Below are positions 26,909 through 41,270 of a DNA stretch of 64,000 bases, piece after piece (positions within the stretch are counted from its first letter, which is position 1; each line of letters starts with the position of its first letter). The notes under the pieces were generated by a model. The model was not told the origin of the DNA and searched no databases. It saw only the letters and a program-made list of their open reading frames with translations. Origin of the DNA: Paraspadella gotoi (lineage: Eukaryota; Animalia; Chaetognatha); the NCBI GenBank assembly GCA_051294375.1, contig CM119266.1:21155987-21219986 (forward strand), read 5' to 3'. The position numbers were made by a program, and so were the translations under genes.

Positions 26909-27384
26909 TTCTTCCTTATCCCCCTTTCTCTCTCTTGTGTTTGTGGCTAAGCTCCGTTGCTTTTGATAATCGGCCTCCAGCAGGAAGCAGTGGCGGGCTG
27001 CATTAAAGATCCGCGGATGAAAAAAAAACAAAAAACTAAAAATCGCTGATAAAAACTAATATATGTATATATAAAAAAAAGGAGCGGAGTGTTTTATATA
27101 ATAGCCGAGGAGCGGCGGCGATTTCAAAAAAAATTGTTATACATTAAAATTTCATTTTTATTTTCTCTTTTCTTCTTAATAATTGCGTCGCCGCGGGGAT
27201 TCTTTTTTTTTATCGCTTACTTTCTCCTTTTCTTTCTTTTCTATTTTCAACTCGAAGAAATTATGATTAATTTTGACGAAAATCCCGGAGGCGACAAAAG
27301 ACCGTGCCTTTGCTCTCCAAAGCGACTCGCCTTCTTTTTAAATCATAAACCTGGAGAACACACAAAAAAGATTGTCTCGCTCGC

Positions 27385-27466
<82 letters not shown>

Positions 27467-27469
27467 TCC

Positions 27470-27682
27470 TCTTTCAGCAAATCGTCTCTCTTTATTATTC
27501 TTGCGCAGCAAATGCCCCAGCAACAGCAGCCTCAGGGATGACGACGAGAACGGGGCTGCATCAAGTTTTGTCCGACGAGCCTCTCCAAACCCACTTGTCA
27601 TCTTTTAGAAATCTTGACAGAAATATTCATATGAAGTGTGCTTTTCTCTCTCTCCCTTTTCCTCTCTCTCTCTCGCTTTTTT

Positions 27683-27713
<31 letters not shown>

Positions 27714-29332
27714 TTTCTATTTCCAAGATTTTCTTTGTTTTAACTTTTAACTTTTAACCTAGCCCTTTTTTATAGTAATCAATTTTTAGGAAAACGAAAA
27801 GTTTTTTGGCGGAATTCTGAAATATTCTCTTCATTTATAACCCTTCATCTTTTTTTGATTTTTTGACAAAAGAGAAGAAAAAACTTAATCTTTGAGAATG
27901 TTTACTTCGGAAAGAATTTAAGAAGGGACTGCGTAATATTTGCCCGTCGAAGACTCCCCGTCAACTTTTTTAAGCTTTCCAACCGTTTTCGTTATTCTCT
28001 CTCTCTCTCTCTCTCTCNNNNNNNNNNNNNNNNNNNNNNNNNNNNNNNNNNNNNNNNNNNNNNNNNNNNNNNNNNNNNNNNNNNNNNNNNNNNNNNNNNN
28101 NNNNNNNNNNNNNNNNNNNNNNNNNNNNNNNNNNNNNNNNNNNNNNNNNNNNNNNNNNNNNNNNNNNNNNNCTCTCTTTCTTATTTTAAAAATTTAAAAT
28201 CAAATTAAAAAAAGCAAGAGCCAAGGATAGAGAAAGAGACCAAAGGAATTTTTTCGAGGAAAAAAAGCGAAACTGATCTGGATGGTTTAATGGCAGAATT
28301 TAGTAGCAAAGACCAAAAAACTCGCTACAATTTGTGAAAGAAAAAAAATTATCTCACAATGTCTCTCTCTCTCTCTCTCTTTTTCGTTTTCTCTCTCTAT
28401 ATTATATATCTCTCTTACTTTTTTTTCCGCTCTCTTCCCTTCATTTCAAGTTGAGAAGCTTTTTTCCTCTCCGTATTATTACCCCCCAAAAAACCTTTCT
28501 AAAATGCCAATAATACATTCAAAAAAAATCTGGATCTATAAAAATAGATTTAATACCCATTCATCAAATCGTAATATCTCTCCAATCCAAAGATAAAGCA
28601 AGAGAGAGAGTGAGAGAGATATTTTCATTTCGGTTTAAGATCGTAATCTTCCCATTTTATGATTTCTGGTCTATCATGTTTTTGTATGTAGACTATTTTT
28701 AATACCTCAGTTTTTTCTTCTTTTTTTTTTAAACTTGCAGAACCTGAAGATTTACGTCTATTATTTTAAAGCTTAAAAAGAATTGAATTTAAAAAAAAAG
28801 AAGATATGAATAACGTTTAAATAGCTGTAGTTTAAAAGAACGATCGTTTGGGCGTAGTGCTCTTATTTTCGGACAGTGACAACTGACAAGAATATGAAAA
28901 GAATAATTTATAAAACTAAAAAAGATATAAAAGCTGAATGAGGAAAATTTATAAAAGAACACGCTTCTCAAAATTCCAGAATATCTCAGATATATATATC
29001 GCCTTCCCAAAAGGGAAAAAAATTCATAACAAAGAGATGAAAATAAATTTTCGATGAATGGACTCGACTCATAACAACCACGTCTGGATCTTTTAAAAAA
29101 GTAAATTGCAATAAAGAAGCGTCAGACTTTAAAGCGTCAAACATAAATGAACTTACAAAGACAAAAAAAAANNNNNNNNNNNNNNNNNNNNNNNNNGAAG
29201 GATAAATCCAAACAACAAGGGTGGCGGGACGGAAGGAGAAGAGAATAGAATTATTAAATAAACAATATCATTCCATAAGTATTATTTACTTCATTCATCT
29301 CATCTCTCTCTCTCTCTCTCCTCTCTCCTCTC

Positions 29333-29384
<52 letters not shown>

Positions 29385-29970
29385 CGTTCAGCAATCGTCT
29401 CTCTTTATTTATTCTTGCGCAAGCAAATGCCCCAGCAAACAGCAGCCTGCAGGGATGACGACGAAGAACGGGGCTGCATCAAGTTTTGTCCGACGAGCCT
29501 CCCAAACCCACTTGTCATCTTTAAATTTGACAGAAATTATTCCATATGAATGTGCTTTTCTCTCTCTTCCCTTTTTCCTCTCTCTCTCTCTCTTTGTTTT
29601 CCTCTCTTCTCTCTCTTTCTCTCTCTCTCTCTCTATTTCTATTTCCCAAAGATTTTCTTTGTTTAACCTTTTAACTTTTAACCTAGCCCTTTTTTATAGT
29701 AATCAATTTTTAGCGAAAACGAAAAAGTTTTTTGGCGAATTCTGAAATATTCTCTTCATTTATAACCCTTCATCTTTTTTTTGATTTTTTGACAAAAAGA
29801 GAAGAAAAAACTTAATCTTTGAGAAAATGTTTACTTCGGAAAAGAATTTAAGAAGGGGACTGTGCGTATTTTCCCGTCCGAAGACTCCCGGTCAACTTTT
29901 TTGCTTTCCAAAACCGTTTCCGTTATTCTCTTCTCTCTCTCTCTCTCTCTCTCTCTCCTCTCCTCATCTC

Positions 29971-30008
<38 letters not shown>

Positions 30009-30403
30009 ATTTTAAAAATTTAAATCAAATTAAAAAAAGCAAGAGCCCAAGGATAGAGAAAGAGACCAAAGGAATTTTTTCGAGGAAAAAAAGCGAAAAC
30101 TGATCTGGATGGTTAATGGCAGAATTTAGTAGCAAAGACCAAAAAACTCGCTAGCAATTTGTGAAAGAAAAAAATTATCGTCACCAACTGTCTCTCTCTC
30201 TCTCTCTCTTTTTCGTTTTCTCTCTCTATATTACTATATCCTCTTACTTTTTTTTTCCGCTCTCTTCCTTCATTTCAAGTTGAGAAGCTTTTTTCCTCTC
30301 CGTATTATTACCCCCCAAAAAACCTTTCTAAAATGCCAATAATACATTCAAAAAATATCTGGATCTATAAAAAAGATTTAATACCCATTCATCAAATCGT
30401 AAT
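27470..30403 (+). repeat. Direct duplication of about 1.1 kb (27470-28574 and 29385-30403), probable assembly artefact
   Basis: Copies are collinear, differ mainly by 1-nt indels and are separated by a 25-N gap at 29172-29196. Confidence 0.9.
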
Positions 30404-31157
30404 GAGTTGAATGTCAAAAAAATATTCAATGTCTACACACAAATTTTGAAAACTGGGCCGTATCGTTCAAAAGTCGAGCGAATTTTTTTTTTCTTTCAAT
30501 TTTTCAATTTTTTTTTTTTTTTTTGGTTTTTTTGAACAGGAGATTAAATAGGATTTTGATGGATGACTGAACTGGGTGTTGTTGCTTCGAATCATTTGTT
30601 TTCGTTTTATTAACCAGTATTTTTTCTAGTCGTTAGGTGGTTCTCGTTTTTTAAGCCCATTCCTCGCACTGTTTTGGTTTGAGTTAAAGAATATTTTCTT
30701 ACTTTAGCTTTTAAATTAAAATTCGGTGATTTTAATGAGATTATTTTCTAGGGGAAAAGTCGTGTTTGTTCTCTCTTTAAAGTTGAAATTTTTTATTTTA
30801 CTTCCAAGGCAATTCTTCATTACCTCTCTAATTATTCATAAAAGGTACGCCTGACCTTAAATTCCCCATGGGGTGAGTTCGTCCTTTGTTCATGTTCGTG
30901 TTGTTCCTGTTTCAGCGATGAAAAGTAAACTCTCTCGGATGGAACGGAGCCCAAAAAGACCAGTTCTTTTCTCCTCTTTCGTTCTCCCGCAGCCCTCTTA
31001 TTCTTTTAGTCACCTACCAGGTTCTCCTTAAGCCACAAGTTCTCCATCGGTCAGCTGCTAGGTTCTATTAGTACAGCCCCACCTTTTCCCATCTACCACG
31101 TTCTCCTTCAGTTCAGTGTTCTCGCGGTTTCTACCCTGTTCTCCGTCCGTAACTTAC

Positions 31158-31221
31158 CCTGTTCTCCTTCGGCGAGGTTGCCGTCCAAATGTCTGGGTGT
31201 CGCTTGTTTCCGTCTGGACAT
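31158..31221 (-). CDS. First coding exon of a BCL11/SALL/FOG/ZNF423-class zinc-finger factor (MSRRKQ NuRD-recruitment motif)
   Basis: ATG TCC AGA CGG AAA CAA GCG ACA CCC AGA CAT TTG ... CAG G|gtaagt = MSRRKQATPRHLDGNLAEGEQ with a perfect phase-1 donor. Compare BCL11A MSRRKQGKPQHL and SALL1 MSRRKQAKPQHF. Downstream remnants favour BCL11. Confidence 0.88.
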
Positions 31222-32472
31222 CGTCGATATACTCGTCGTCGTCGGCGTCGTCGTTCCCCACATTCGTAGGAAACGAAGGAATGTTTGTTTACTTTTTGTT
31301 TATGTTTCTTCTTACTTTTTAATAATAATATACGTAGTTATTTTTTTTTTCGTTTGGCGACGACTGGAAAGCAAGCTGATCTTTTGTTCGAAACCAAACT
31401 TTCGAGCGCAGATCAAAGGACTTTATTAAACTTTACACTTTTTTTAAACTTTCGTTTCTTCTGCCGTTTTCTCATCGTTTGGGCGTTGTTCTTTTGTTTT
31501 TAATGCGACGTAAATGTTATCTTTCGTAGTTCCGTTGACAAATGTTCACAATCGCGGTTTTTCTATGAAATTTCTTGAACTTCTTCTTCGATTTTCACGT
31601 ATTCTCCTTCGAGGTTTCGATTTCTTCAAGACTTGGGCTCTCGCCATCAAAGTCTTGGGGTCAGTTTCGGGAGAGAGGGCGAGGGAAGGTCGGAGGTCAA
31701 GGGGTCATCGTTTTCGTCGGCGCGAGAGAGAAAGAGAAAAAGGCGCGACGAAGGTGGAAAAGGGCGTGGCGTGGAAGGGTCAGGGGATGAGGTCAGGGGA
31801 TCAAAAACGGCGCCGAAGAGAACCCCGAGTCGCGCCGGAGGATCGAACGCTCCGCATGTTTCGCCGAGACGTCGATGAAAACCAAAATTCTACGAGCGTA
31901 AAAAAATAAAAAGATATTGGAAGACTTAAAATTTTAAATGAAAACTAAAATAAGAGAGAAAAAAAACGTATTTTATTACCTTGTACCGTTTCTCGATGTT
32001 TGTTGATAAACAGATCGGCGCGCAAGTCCTGCCCTCTCTCGGCCGAATCCTTTCAAAAACGGAACGTTTGGGTTCGATCTGATGAAAAAAAAAATAACAA
32101 CCGAAACGATAATTTTAAAATAAAAAAAATCCGTTGATCGTAAATCGCCGCTATTTTTATTATTTAATCTCTTGTTTGTTAGACTGTTTTGCGCTGTAAA
32201 ATAACATAAACGCACTGAAATGTATCGAAAATAACAAAATTTTTACACGATTTTTCGAAAAAAACTTTGGAGAAAGAAAACCAAACAACAGCCAATGATT
32301 GTGTGTGTCTGTTTGTGTGTGTGTATCTACAAAAAAATTTGCCGATGAAGAAGAGAAGTTATAAAGGAAGAGGAGGAGGAAGAGGAGGAGGGATGTAATG
32401 AGGGGAGAGAAAGAGCTTGAACTTGGTAAAAGGGAAAGTGCCGTAGAATATTTCTTTATTCCTTTTTTATAC

Positions 32473-32535
<63 letters not shown>

Positions 32536-33241
32536 TCCACACACACACACCAACAGGCACACACATATTGGGAGTGAGGAAGATTACCAACACTCTTTCT
32601 CCAACATGTAAAAAGGAACGAATAACGATTTCTGAAGGAAATTCGAGTCCGAGAGCCAAAAGCTAAAGAAGCAGCGATTCCCTTTTAGATTCGTTTCTCC
32701 AGATCTTAATAAATGGCTTGATATGACGTAATACAGACGTAATATTATCGAATTACTTCAACTATTTGTTCGCTCTTTTTACAAAAATACTTTGAAAAAA
32801 ATTAGACTTATTTTTTATATATTTATTTTTAATGTTTTCTTTTTGTATTCGTTATGTTTTTGTCGTTATATTTTTGTTATAGGTCTCTTTATTTTTCTAT
32901 TTCTTGCTATCAGTTTTTTCTTATTATTTTTTAAATTTTCTTTCTTTCCATTTTGTTTATTATCTAACTTCTTTTTTTTTCTTTAATCTTGTACGTCTAA
33001 AACCGTTAAATCTTAACAAACACTGTTTCCCAACCTTCTTATTCAACAGGACTCGAACCGCGTAATGCGAAAAAATATGATGAAGACCAAAAATTATGAC
33101 GTCATCGGCAAACCGGGAATTGAAGCGGAGGAGGAAGAGGAGGAGGAGGAGGAGGCGTTATGGAATTATGATATGGAAGAAAAAGCGAAAGCGCTCGGGA
33201 ACGGACAACTTTTTAGCGCGATGCCGAATAGCGAGAGAGAG

Positions 33242-33310
<69 letters not shown>

Positions 33311-33415
33311 GTTGACAAATTGGATAAGTTGGTTGTCTGAGATAATCATTCATCGAAAATCTTTTCTCTCGACTTCGATTCGCCGATTAAATTTCTGTTT
33401 GGGATCGATATTGTA

Positions 33416-35879
33416 ATTAATATTATTAACCAAATCTTGGGTCTTTTTTGAAGAACCTTAGCGAAATGTCTCGCGTGACTGTGAAAGGAGAGGTGAAAGG
33501 CGTTTCTCTGATGTTGCTGTTGTGACCAAAAGCAAAGAAACCTTGAATTCAAAGGTAAAACGCTCATTGGGAAAAATATTGTTGACTTGTCCAAAATTAC
33601 TCCCTTTTAATTAAGGGTTTGTTTATCTTTTAGAATCAAATATTTACAGCGGATGAAAAAATTGTCATGTTAACGCCCTAAAGTCGAAATGAAAAAAAAA
33701 CGCCATATCAATTCGATAAGGGGCAAGAAATTCTGATGGCGTAAAAAAGTGAAAAAGGGGTTGATCTGATCTCGTAAAGAACTTTTATCTAAAACCCCAA
33801 ACATGAGCCTATTAAGTTAATTAACTTCGAAAGAATGAACGGCAATGAGCCCTGTTGGGAATCCGCGCTCAATGCGCTCACTTTTACGAAGGTACTCCGC
33901 GCGGTTGTGATACAAGAGAACGGAGCGCACACGTCTCTCAAGAGAATGTAAAACCCGCGAGCGCTCGGAACGAGGAGTCAGTAGTCTGGCACGCTAGATA
34001 ATCATATTTTTCTTCTAAACCTGGTAGCAAACACGTCACAGTAAATTTTTCGGATGTTTTTATCTTGCTCTCTCTTCGGAATCAGGGATGAACAAGAAAT
34101 CGGGAGGCTCTCTCTCTCTCTCAGTCTCTCTCGTAAAGGCTTTCTCATCTCTCTCTTCTCCTCTCTCTCTCTCTCATCGTCTCTCTCGTCTCTCTCTTCT
34201 CTTCTCTTTCTCTCGGGGCTCTCGTCTCTCTCTCTCTCTCTTTTCCTCTCTCCTAGAAATAAATTCATGAAAATTTCTACTTTTTAAATCGGAAAAAAAA
34301 GTTTATCAAAAATTCTGACGGTTATACAGCTTGGAGTTTTGAGTTTAATTGTATGATGAATTGGAAATTAATGGTGAATTTTTTAATGGAGAAAAAAAAT
34401 AAAACAAATTAGCCGAGATTTAAAAAAAAAACAAACCCTACAACCATCAGATTCTCGGATTTTAAAAGTCGATTGTTAAAAAAATATAGCTGTTTAAATT
34501 AGAAGATATTCTATTTTTTGAAATCGTTTCATCGAAAAAAACCAAGGAAAAAAGCAAACGAATTAAATAAGAAATGTAATCGTACGTACTTTTGCCAACA
34601 GGTGAGTCCTTCTTTTAAAGGGGCGCGTAATGGTAAAAACGACCGTTTTGTTTGTTATTTCTTTATAATTGTTTGGGTCGCAATGTAGCATCACTTTTTT
34701 TCATTTTTCTTTTAAACGCTACTTACGATGTTTTTAAAATTTTTAGCGCAAAAATAACGGTGAATGTTTTGTGGTTTTTGGGGTCATTAACTCCTGACAA
34801 TCTTGTCTCTCACACCGAAAATCCTCATTACGTCAACTTTTTCTTTTCAACCGATATTTTCCTTCTTGTTTTCTCTCCTCTACTCACACCCGGATTTTTT
34901 CGGTACAATATTTTTTATAGTCCCGAGTCCCGTATGTTATATTATTTCGATAAACGGTCACACGTTTAAACTTCCGCCAGTCGTGTGCCTTGGTTTTTTT
35001 CGTCATTTGGACTCGCGACCCCCGTAGAATTAACGGCGTTGTCACTTCGTCTCTCCGAAGCGCTCCGAAGTGAAATGACTCGGGGAATGGAGAGAAATGA
35101 TAGGGAGGAAAAGTAAACGTTAAAAAAAAATTAAAAGAAAATAAAGTCTGGGGGAAAAAAAGGAAGAAAGAGAGAGAGAGAGAGGATGGAAAGAAAAGCC
35201 GAACGAGGTCTTCAAAAGCGCCTCTCCTCTTCATCCGCGTGTTACTCGAATGACTCCCTCTCTCATTCTCTACTCTGTTTTTGATCTCTCACATCTCTCT
35301 ATTCAAAATTTCTTCGTTTTGACTATTTGATTTTTTTTTTTTTGGGAAACAGTGTAAACGAGGGAGAGGAAAGGCATTCCATCCTGAAAGTGTTCAATGC
35401 ATTCCTCGCCCTGGCATTCATGTTTTGAAATAAGATCCTTTCTCCTCAGTCACTCTTCCTCTTTTCCCTCTTCTGTCTTCCTTTCTTCCCTCCTCCTCCT
35501 CCTCCTCCTGCATGTCTCACCAACGTGACTTGTGGCGTTCTCATGAGCGAGAGTGAGGGAAGGAAAAAAGGGAAAAAAGGAAAAAGATAAAATAAAGGAA
35601 GAAGATTAGAAGAAAAAAATAGGGGAAAGAGAGAGAACGCGATGTTTGGGGAGAGACGAGGAGGTGACTATTTTTTGACTAGTATCGTTGACTAAATGGG
35701 GAAAGATGGCCTATGGTATAAATACGTATATGAATACGAATATATGCAATGCATCCATCTAACATTTGGAGAAATGAGAAAATTTGCTGATAGAATAAGA
35801 ATGGATAAATTTTTGGTAATGTACCTCTCAAAGAACAGACTTGGAAATTGAGAGGGGAAAGGAGAAGAGAGAGAGAGAG

Positions 35880-35910
<31 letters not shown>

Positions 35911-36782
35911 AGAGAGAGACGAGAGAGAGGAGAGAGAGAGAGAGAGAGAGAGAGATTCTCAAAAGTGGCTTTAGCCGTTCACTGATGACGATTGAAGTGA
36001 AGCCTATGGAGGTAGGAAACAAGCCCCAGTGGAAGAGGTAGGGAGGAATAAGAAGGAGGATGAGGAGGAAGACGTGGGGGTGAGAGAGAGAGAGAGAATC
36101 TCGAGGAGGAAGAAGAAAGAGAGAAGGAAGGAGAAAGAGGAGGAAGCGAGGACGAGCGAAGCGAACCTCCTTCCCTCTACATATTCCTAAGAATACCAGA
36201 TTTTTCGCCATTCTAACGGTATGGACGACTCCCAAGAAAAATTGCTTCCACCGTAGCGCCGGAGCGGCAGACCCAAACACGTCCGAAGACGGCGAAGACA
36301 CGCGACGACGACGACGACGACGTTATGAAGACGATGACGATGGACGCGATCGCGGGGTGGCGCGAGAGAGAAGAGACGAAGCGTCAAGAAAATCGGCAGA
36401 CGGACGGACGGACGAAGCCAAGCGAGACCCTTGGGAGCCAGAGTGGAAGAGGAGAGAGAGAGAGAGAGAGAGAAGAGGAGGAGAGGAGAGAGGACGAGGG
36501 AGAGGGAGGAGAGGGAGAGAGGAGTGGGGGAGAGGAGACGAGAGAGGGTCCAAAGGAGAAGGAGAGATGATGGAAGAAAAGGTGACCGAAACTCAAAAAA
36601 CACATCATTCGCGGGAAAGAAGAGGAGGAGAGGAGAGTGAGGGAGACACAAGATGAAATGGGAGAGAGTAGGGGAGGAGGGAAGTAAAGGGGGTGGGAGG
36701 GGAGGGAGAAGAAGAGAGAGGCAGAGAGGAGGAAGAGAGGAGAGGTGAGTGTCAGAGAAGAGGAGGGGAGGAGAGAGAGAGA

Positions 36783-36822
<40 letters not shown>

Positions 36823-38213
36823 AGGAGGGCTGACGAGGATTATTGGGAGGTCCGCAACGACGCTCCTCAGAAAAATAACAACGAAATCCGAGGAGGAAAA
36901 GAAAACACGACGGAGCGTTGTCAAAAAGGAGCAAAGTGGATGGAACCAGAAAACAAGCTAGGAAATGAAAGAAAAATGGAGAGGAAACGAAAAAGAGGGA
37001 AAGGAAAGTAAATAAAATGAAAAGAAATGAAATGAATGAAATGAAAGTGAAATGAAAGGAAAGGAAGGAAAGGAAAGGAAGGAAAGGAAGGAAAGGAAAG
37101 AAAGGAAAGGGAAAGGAAAGGAAGATAATTTAATAAAAGAGTGATCGAGGTACATAATAAAGGAAAATTTAAGCGGTTCAATAGATTTGTTAGAAAATGC
37201 GAATTCAATTAAATTCTCGCTAAATAATCCTCGCAACGCTGCACTATGTTCGCTCTAAATAATCTCTTACAACTGGAAGGAAGGAAAAAGAAATGAAAAA
37301 AAAGGAAAGGAAAGGAAAGGCAACAAAATAAGGAAAGAAAAGAAAAAAAGGGAAAGAAAAGCGAAACAAGAAAATATAAGGCTAATATGATTAAGGCATC
37401 AATATAACGAGAACGAAATCGTAACGCAATAATTTTTGAAAACTTACATGTATATGTCATATGTAGACGGGAATCTTCGCTGAAAATCGTGAGGAATTTA
37501 GCAAAGACAAAAATTCAAACTGGTAAATTTCAGTGTAATACGNNNNNNNNNNNNNNNNNNNNNNNNNATTAATATTATTAACCAAATCTTTGTCTTTTTT
37601 GAAGAGATCTTAGCTAAATGTCTCGCGTGACTGTGATGTGAGAGTGAAAGGCGTTTCTCTGATGTTGCTGTTGTGACCAAAGAAAGAAACCTTGAATCAA
37701 AAGTAAAACGCTCATTGGAAAAATATTTTGATCTCGTCAAATTACTCCTTTAATTTAATGGTTTTTATCTTTTAAAATCAATGTATACAGCGATGAAAAA
37801 ATTGTCATGTTAACCCTAAAGTCATTGAAAAAAAAACCAATATCAATTCGATAAGGGGCAAGAAATTCTGATGGCGTAAAAAAGTGAAAAAGGGGTTGAT
37901 CTGATCTCGTAAAGAACTTTTATCTAAAACCCCAAACATGAGCCTATTAAGTTAATTAACTTCGAAAGAATGACGCATGAGCTTTGAATCCACGCTCAAG
38001 CGCTCACTTTTACGAAGGTACTCCGCGCGTTTGATACAAAGAACGAGCGCAAGTCTCTCAAAGAATGATAAAACCCGCGAGCGCTCGAACGAGGGAGTCA
38101 GTAGTCACGCTATAATCATATTTTTCTTCTAAAACCTGGTAATCAAACACGTCACAATAATTTTTCGATGTTTTTATCTGCTCTCTCTTCAATCAGGATG
38201 AACAAGAAATCGA

Positions 38214-38266
<53 letters not shown>

Positions 38267-39964
38267 CTAGAAAATAATTCATGAAATTTTCTACTTTTCA
38301 AATCGAAAAAAAAGTTTATCAAAAATTCTGACGGTTATACAGCTTGAGGTTTTGAGTTTATTGTATGATGAATTGACTTAATGGTGATTTTTTTATGGAG
38401 AAAAAAATTAAAAAACAAATTAGCCGAGATTTAAAAAAAAAAACAAACCCTGACAACCATCACGATTCTCGGATTTTAAAAGTCGATTTTAAAAAAAATA
38501 TCGCTGTTTAAATTAGAAGATATTCTATTTTTTGAAATCGTTTCATCGTAAAAAAACCAAGGGAAAAAAAGCAAACAATTATATAGAAATGTAATGTACG
38601 TACTTTGCAACAGTGAGTCCTTCTTTTAAGGGGCGCGTAATGGTAAAACGACCGTTGTTTGTTATTTCTTTATAATTGTTTGGGTCGCAATGTAGCATCA
38701 CTTTTTTTCATTTTTTTTTAAACGCTACTTTACGATGTTTTTTAAAATTTTGTTATAAATTAAGCGCAAAATAACGTGAATGTTTTGTGGTTTTGTCATT
38801 TAACTCCTGAACGATCTTTGTCTCTCACCGAAAATCCTCATTTACGTCAAACCTTTTTCTTTTTCACCGAGGTTTTCCTTCTTGTTTTCTCTCCTCTAAT
38901 CTCCCCCGGATTTCGTACAATATTTTTTAGTCCCGAGTCCCGTATGTAACTCTATTTCGATAAACGTCAACCGGTTTAACTTCCCCGCCCCCCAGTCGTG
39001 TGACTTGGCGTTTTTTCGTCAGTTTGGACGTCGCGACCCCCGTATGTAAACGGGTTTTCGTTGTCTTCCGTCTCTCCGAAGCGCTCCGAAGTGAATGACT
39101 CGGGAATGGAGAGAATGTAGAGGAAAGTAAACAGTTAAAAAAAAAATTAAAGAAAATAAAGTCTGGGGGAAAAAAGGAAAGAGAAAGAGAGAGAGAGAGA
39201 GAGGATGGAAAGAAAAGCGAACGAGTCTTCAAAAGCGCTCCTCCTCTTCATCCACGCGTGTTACTCGAATGACTCCCTCTCTCATTCTCTCTCTGTTTTT
39301 TGATCTCTCACTCTCTCTATTCAATTTCTTCGTTTACTATTTTGATTTTTTTTTTTTTGCGGAACAGTGTAACGAAGGGAGAGGAAGGCTTTCCATCCTG
39401 AAATGCCATGCATTCCTCGCCCTGCATTCATGGTTTTGAATAAGATCCTTTCTCCTCAGTCATTCTTTTTTCCCTCTTCTTTCCTTCCTTTCTTCCTCCT
39501 CCTCCTCCTCCTTCATTCTCACCAACGTGACTTGTGCGTTCCTCATGATGCGAGAGTGAGGGAAGGAAAAAAGGAAAAAAAGGAAAAAGATAAAATAAAG
39601 GAAGAGATTAGAAGAAGAAAATAGGGGAAGAGAGAGAACGTCGATNNNNNNNNNNGAAAAAAAAAAGGAAAAAGATAAAATAAAGGAAGAGATTATAAGA
39701 AGAAAATAGGGGAAGAGAGAGAACGTCGATTTCGGGGAGAAAACGAGGAGGTAACCACTTTTTTGACTATGTATTGTTGACTAAATGGGGAAAATGGTCT
39801 ATGGTATAAATACGTATATGAATACGAATATATGCAATGCATCCATCTAACATTTGAGAGATGAGAATTTGCTGATAAATTAAGATGGGATTACATTTTG
39901 GGTATGTACCTCTCAAAGAACAGACTTGGAAATTGAGAGGGGAAAGGAGAAGAGAGAGAGAGAG

Positions 39965-39995
<31 letters not shown>

Positions 39996-40510
39996 AGAGA
40001 GAGACGAGAGAGAGGAGAGAGAGAGAGAGAGAGAGAGAGATTCTCAAAAAGTGCTTTAGCCGTCTCACTGATGACGATTGAAGTGAAGCTATGGAGGTGG
40101 AAAAAGCCCATGGAAGAGGTAGGGAAGGAATAAGAGGAGGATGAGGAAGACGTGGGGGGGAGAGAGAGAGAGAATCTTCGAGGAGGAAGAAGAAGATGAG
40201 GAGGAGAAAGAGGAGGAAGCGAGGACGAGCGAGCGAACTCCTTCCCTCTACATATTCCTAAGAATACCAGATTTTTCGCCCTTCTACGGATGACGAACTC
40301 CAAAAAATTCTTCCACCGCGCGACCCAAACACGTCACGAGACGGCGAAACACGACGACGACGACGACGACGACNNNNNNNNNNNNNNNNNNNNNNNNNGG
40401 AGACGAAGATGCGCGCAGACACAAGAGGAGGAGGGAGGAGGGAGGAGGGAAGGAGACAAGGAGATGAAGGAAGAGAAGGAAGAGGAAGTGAAAGTGAGAG
40501 AAAGAGTGAG

Positions 40511-40559
<49 letters not shown>

Positions 40560-41270
40560 GAGAGAGAGAGTAGAGTGAGGAGGGCTGACGAGGATTATGG
40601 GAGGTCCGCAACGACGTCTCAGAAAAAATAACAACGAAATCAAGGCGAGGAGGAAAAGAAACACACGACGGAGCGTTGGTCAAAAAGGAGCAAAGTGGAT
40701 GGAACAGAAAAGAACAAGAGAACTAAGGAAATGAAAAGAGAAATGGAGAAGGAAACGAAAAAGAGGGAAAGTGAAAGTAAAAAAAAAAGAGAAATGAAAT
40801 AAAGTGAAAGAAAGGAAAGGAAGGAAAGGAAAGGAAGGAAAAGGAAAGGAAAGGAAAGGAAAGGAAAGGGAGAAGGGAAAGGAAGATAATTTAATAAAAG
40901 AGTGATCGAGGTTAGCAATAATAAAGAGAAAATTTAAGCGGTTTCAATAGATTTGTTAGAAAATGCGCAATTCAATTAAATTCTCGCTAATGCAATCCTC
41001 GCTAACGCTCGCACTATGGTTGCTCTAAATATCTCTTACAACTGAAGGAAGGGAAAAGAAATGAAAAAAAAGGAAAGGAAAGGAAAGGCAAAAAATAAGG
41101 AAAGAAAAGAAAAAAAGGGAAAGAAAAGCGAAAAAGAAAATATAAGGTAATACTGATTAAGGCATAATATAATATATATTGTATACTGTAGAGTGAATGT
41201 TCGCTGAAATCGCTTTTCGACGAGAAATTTAAAGACAAAAATTCAAACTGTAAATTTCAGTGTAATACGA
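33416..41270 (+). repeat. Tandem duplication of about 4 kb (33416-37542 and 37568-41270), probable assembly artefact
   Basis: Both copies start attaatattattaaccaaatctt and end tttcagtgtaatacg. They are joined by a 25-N gap and differ by dense small indels. Confidence 0.92.

Noticed and set aside
33049-33059. Perfect Pol III B-box (GGTTCGAGTCC, minus strand); similar motifs near 43408, 47346 and 57015
   Set aside because: No A-box or cloverleaf could be built, so no tRNA or SINE call is supported.
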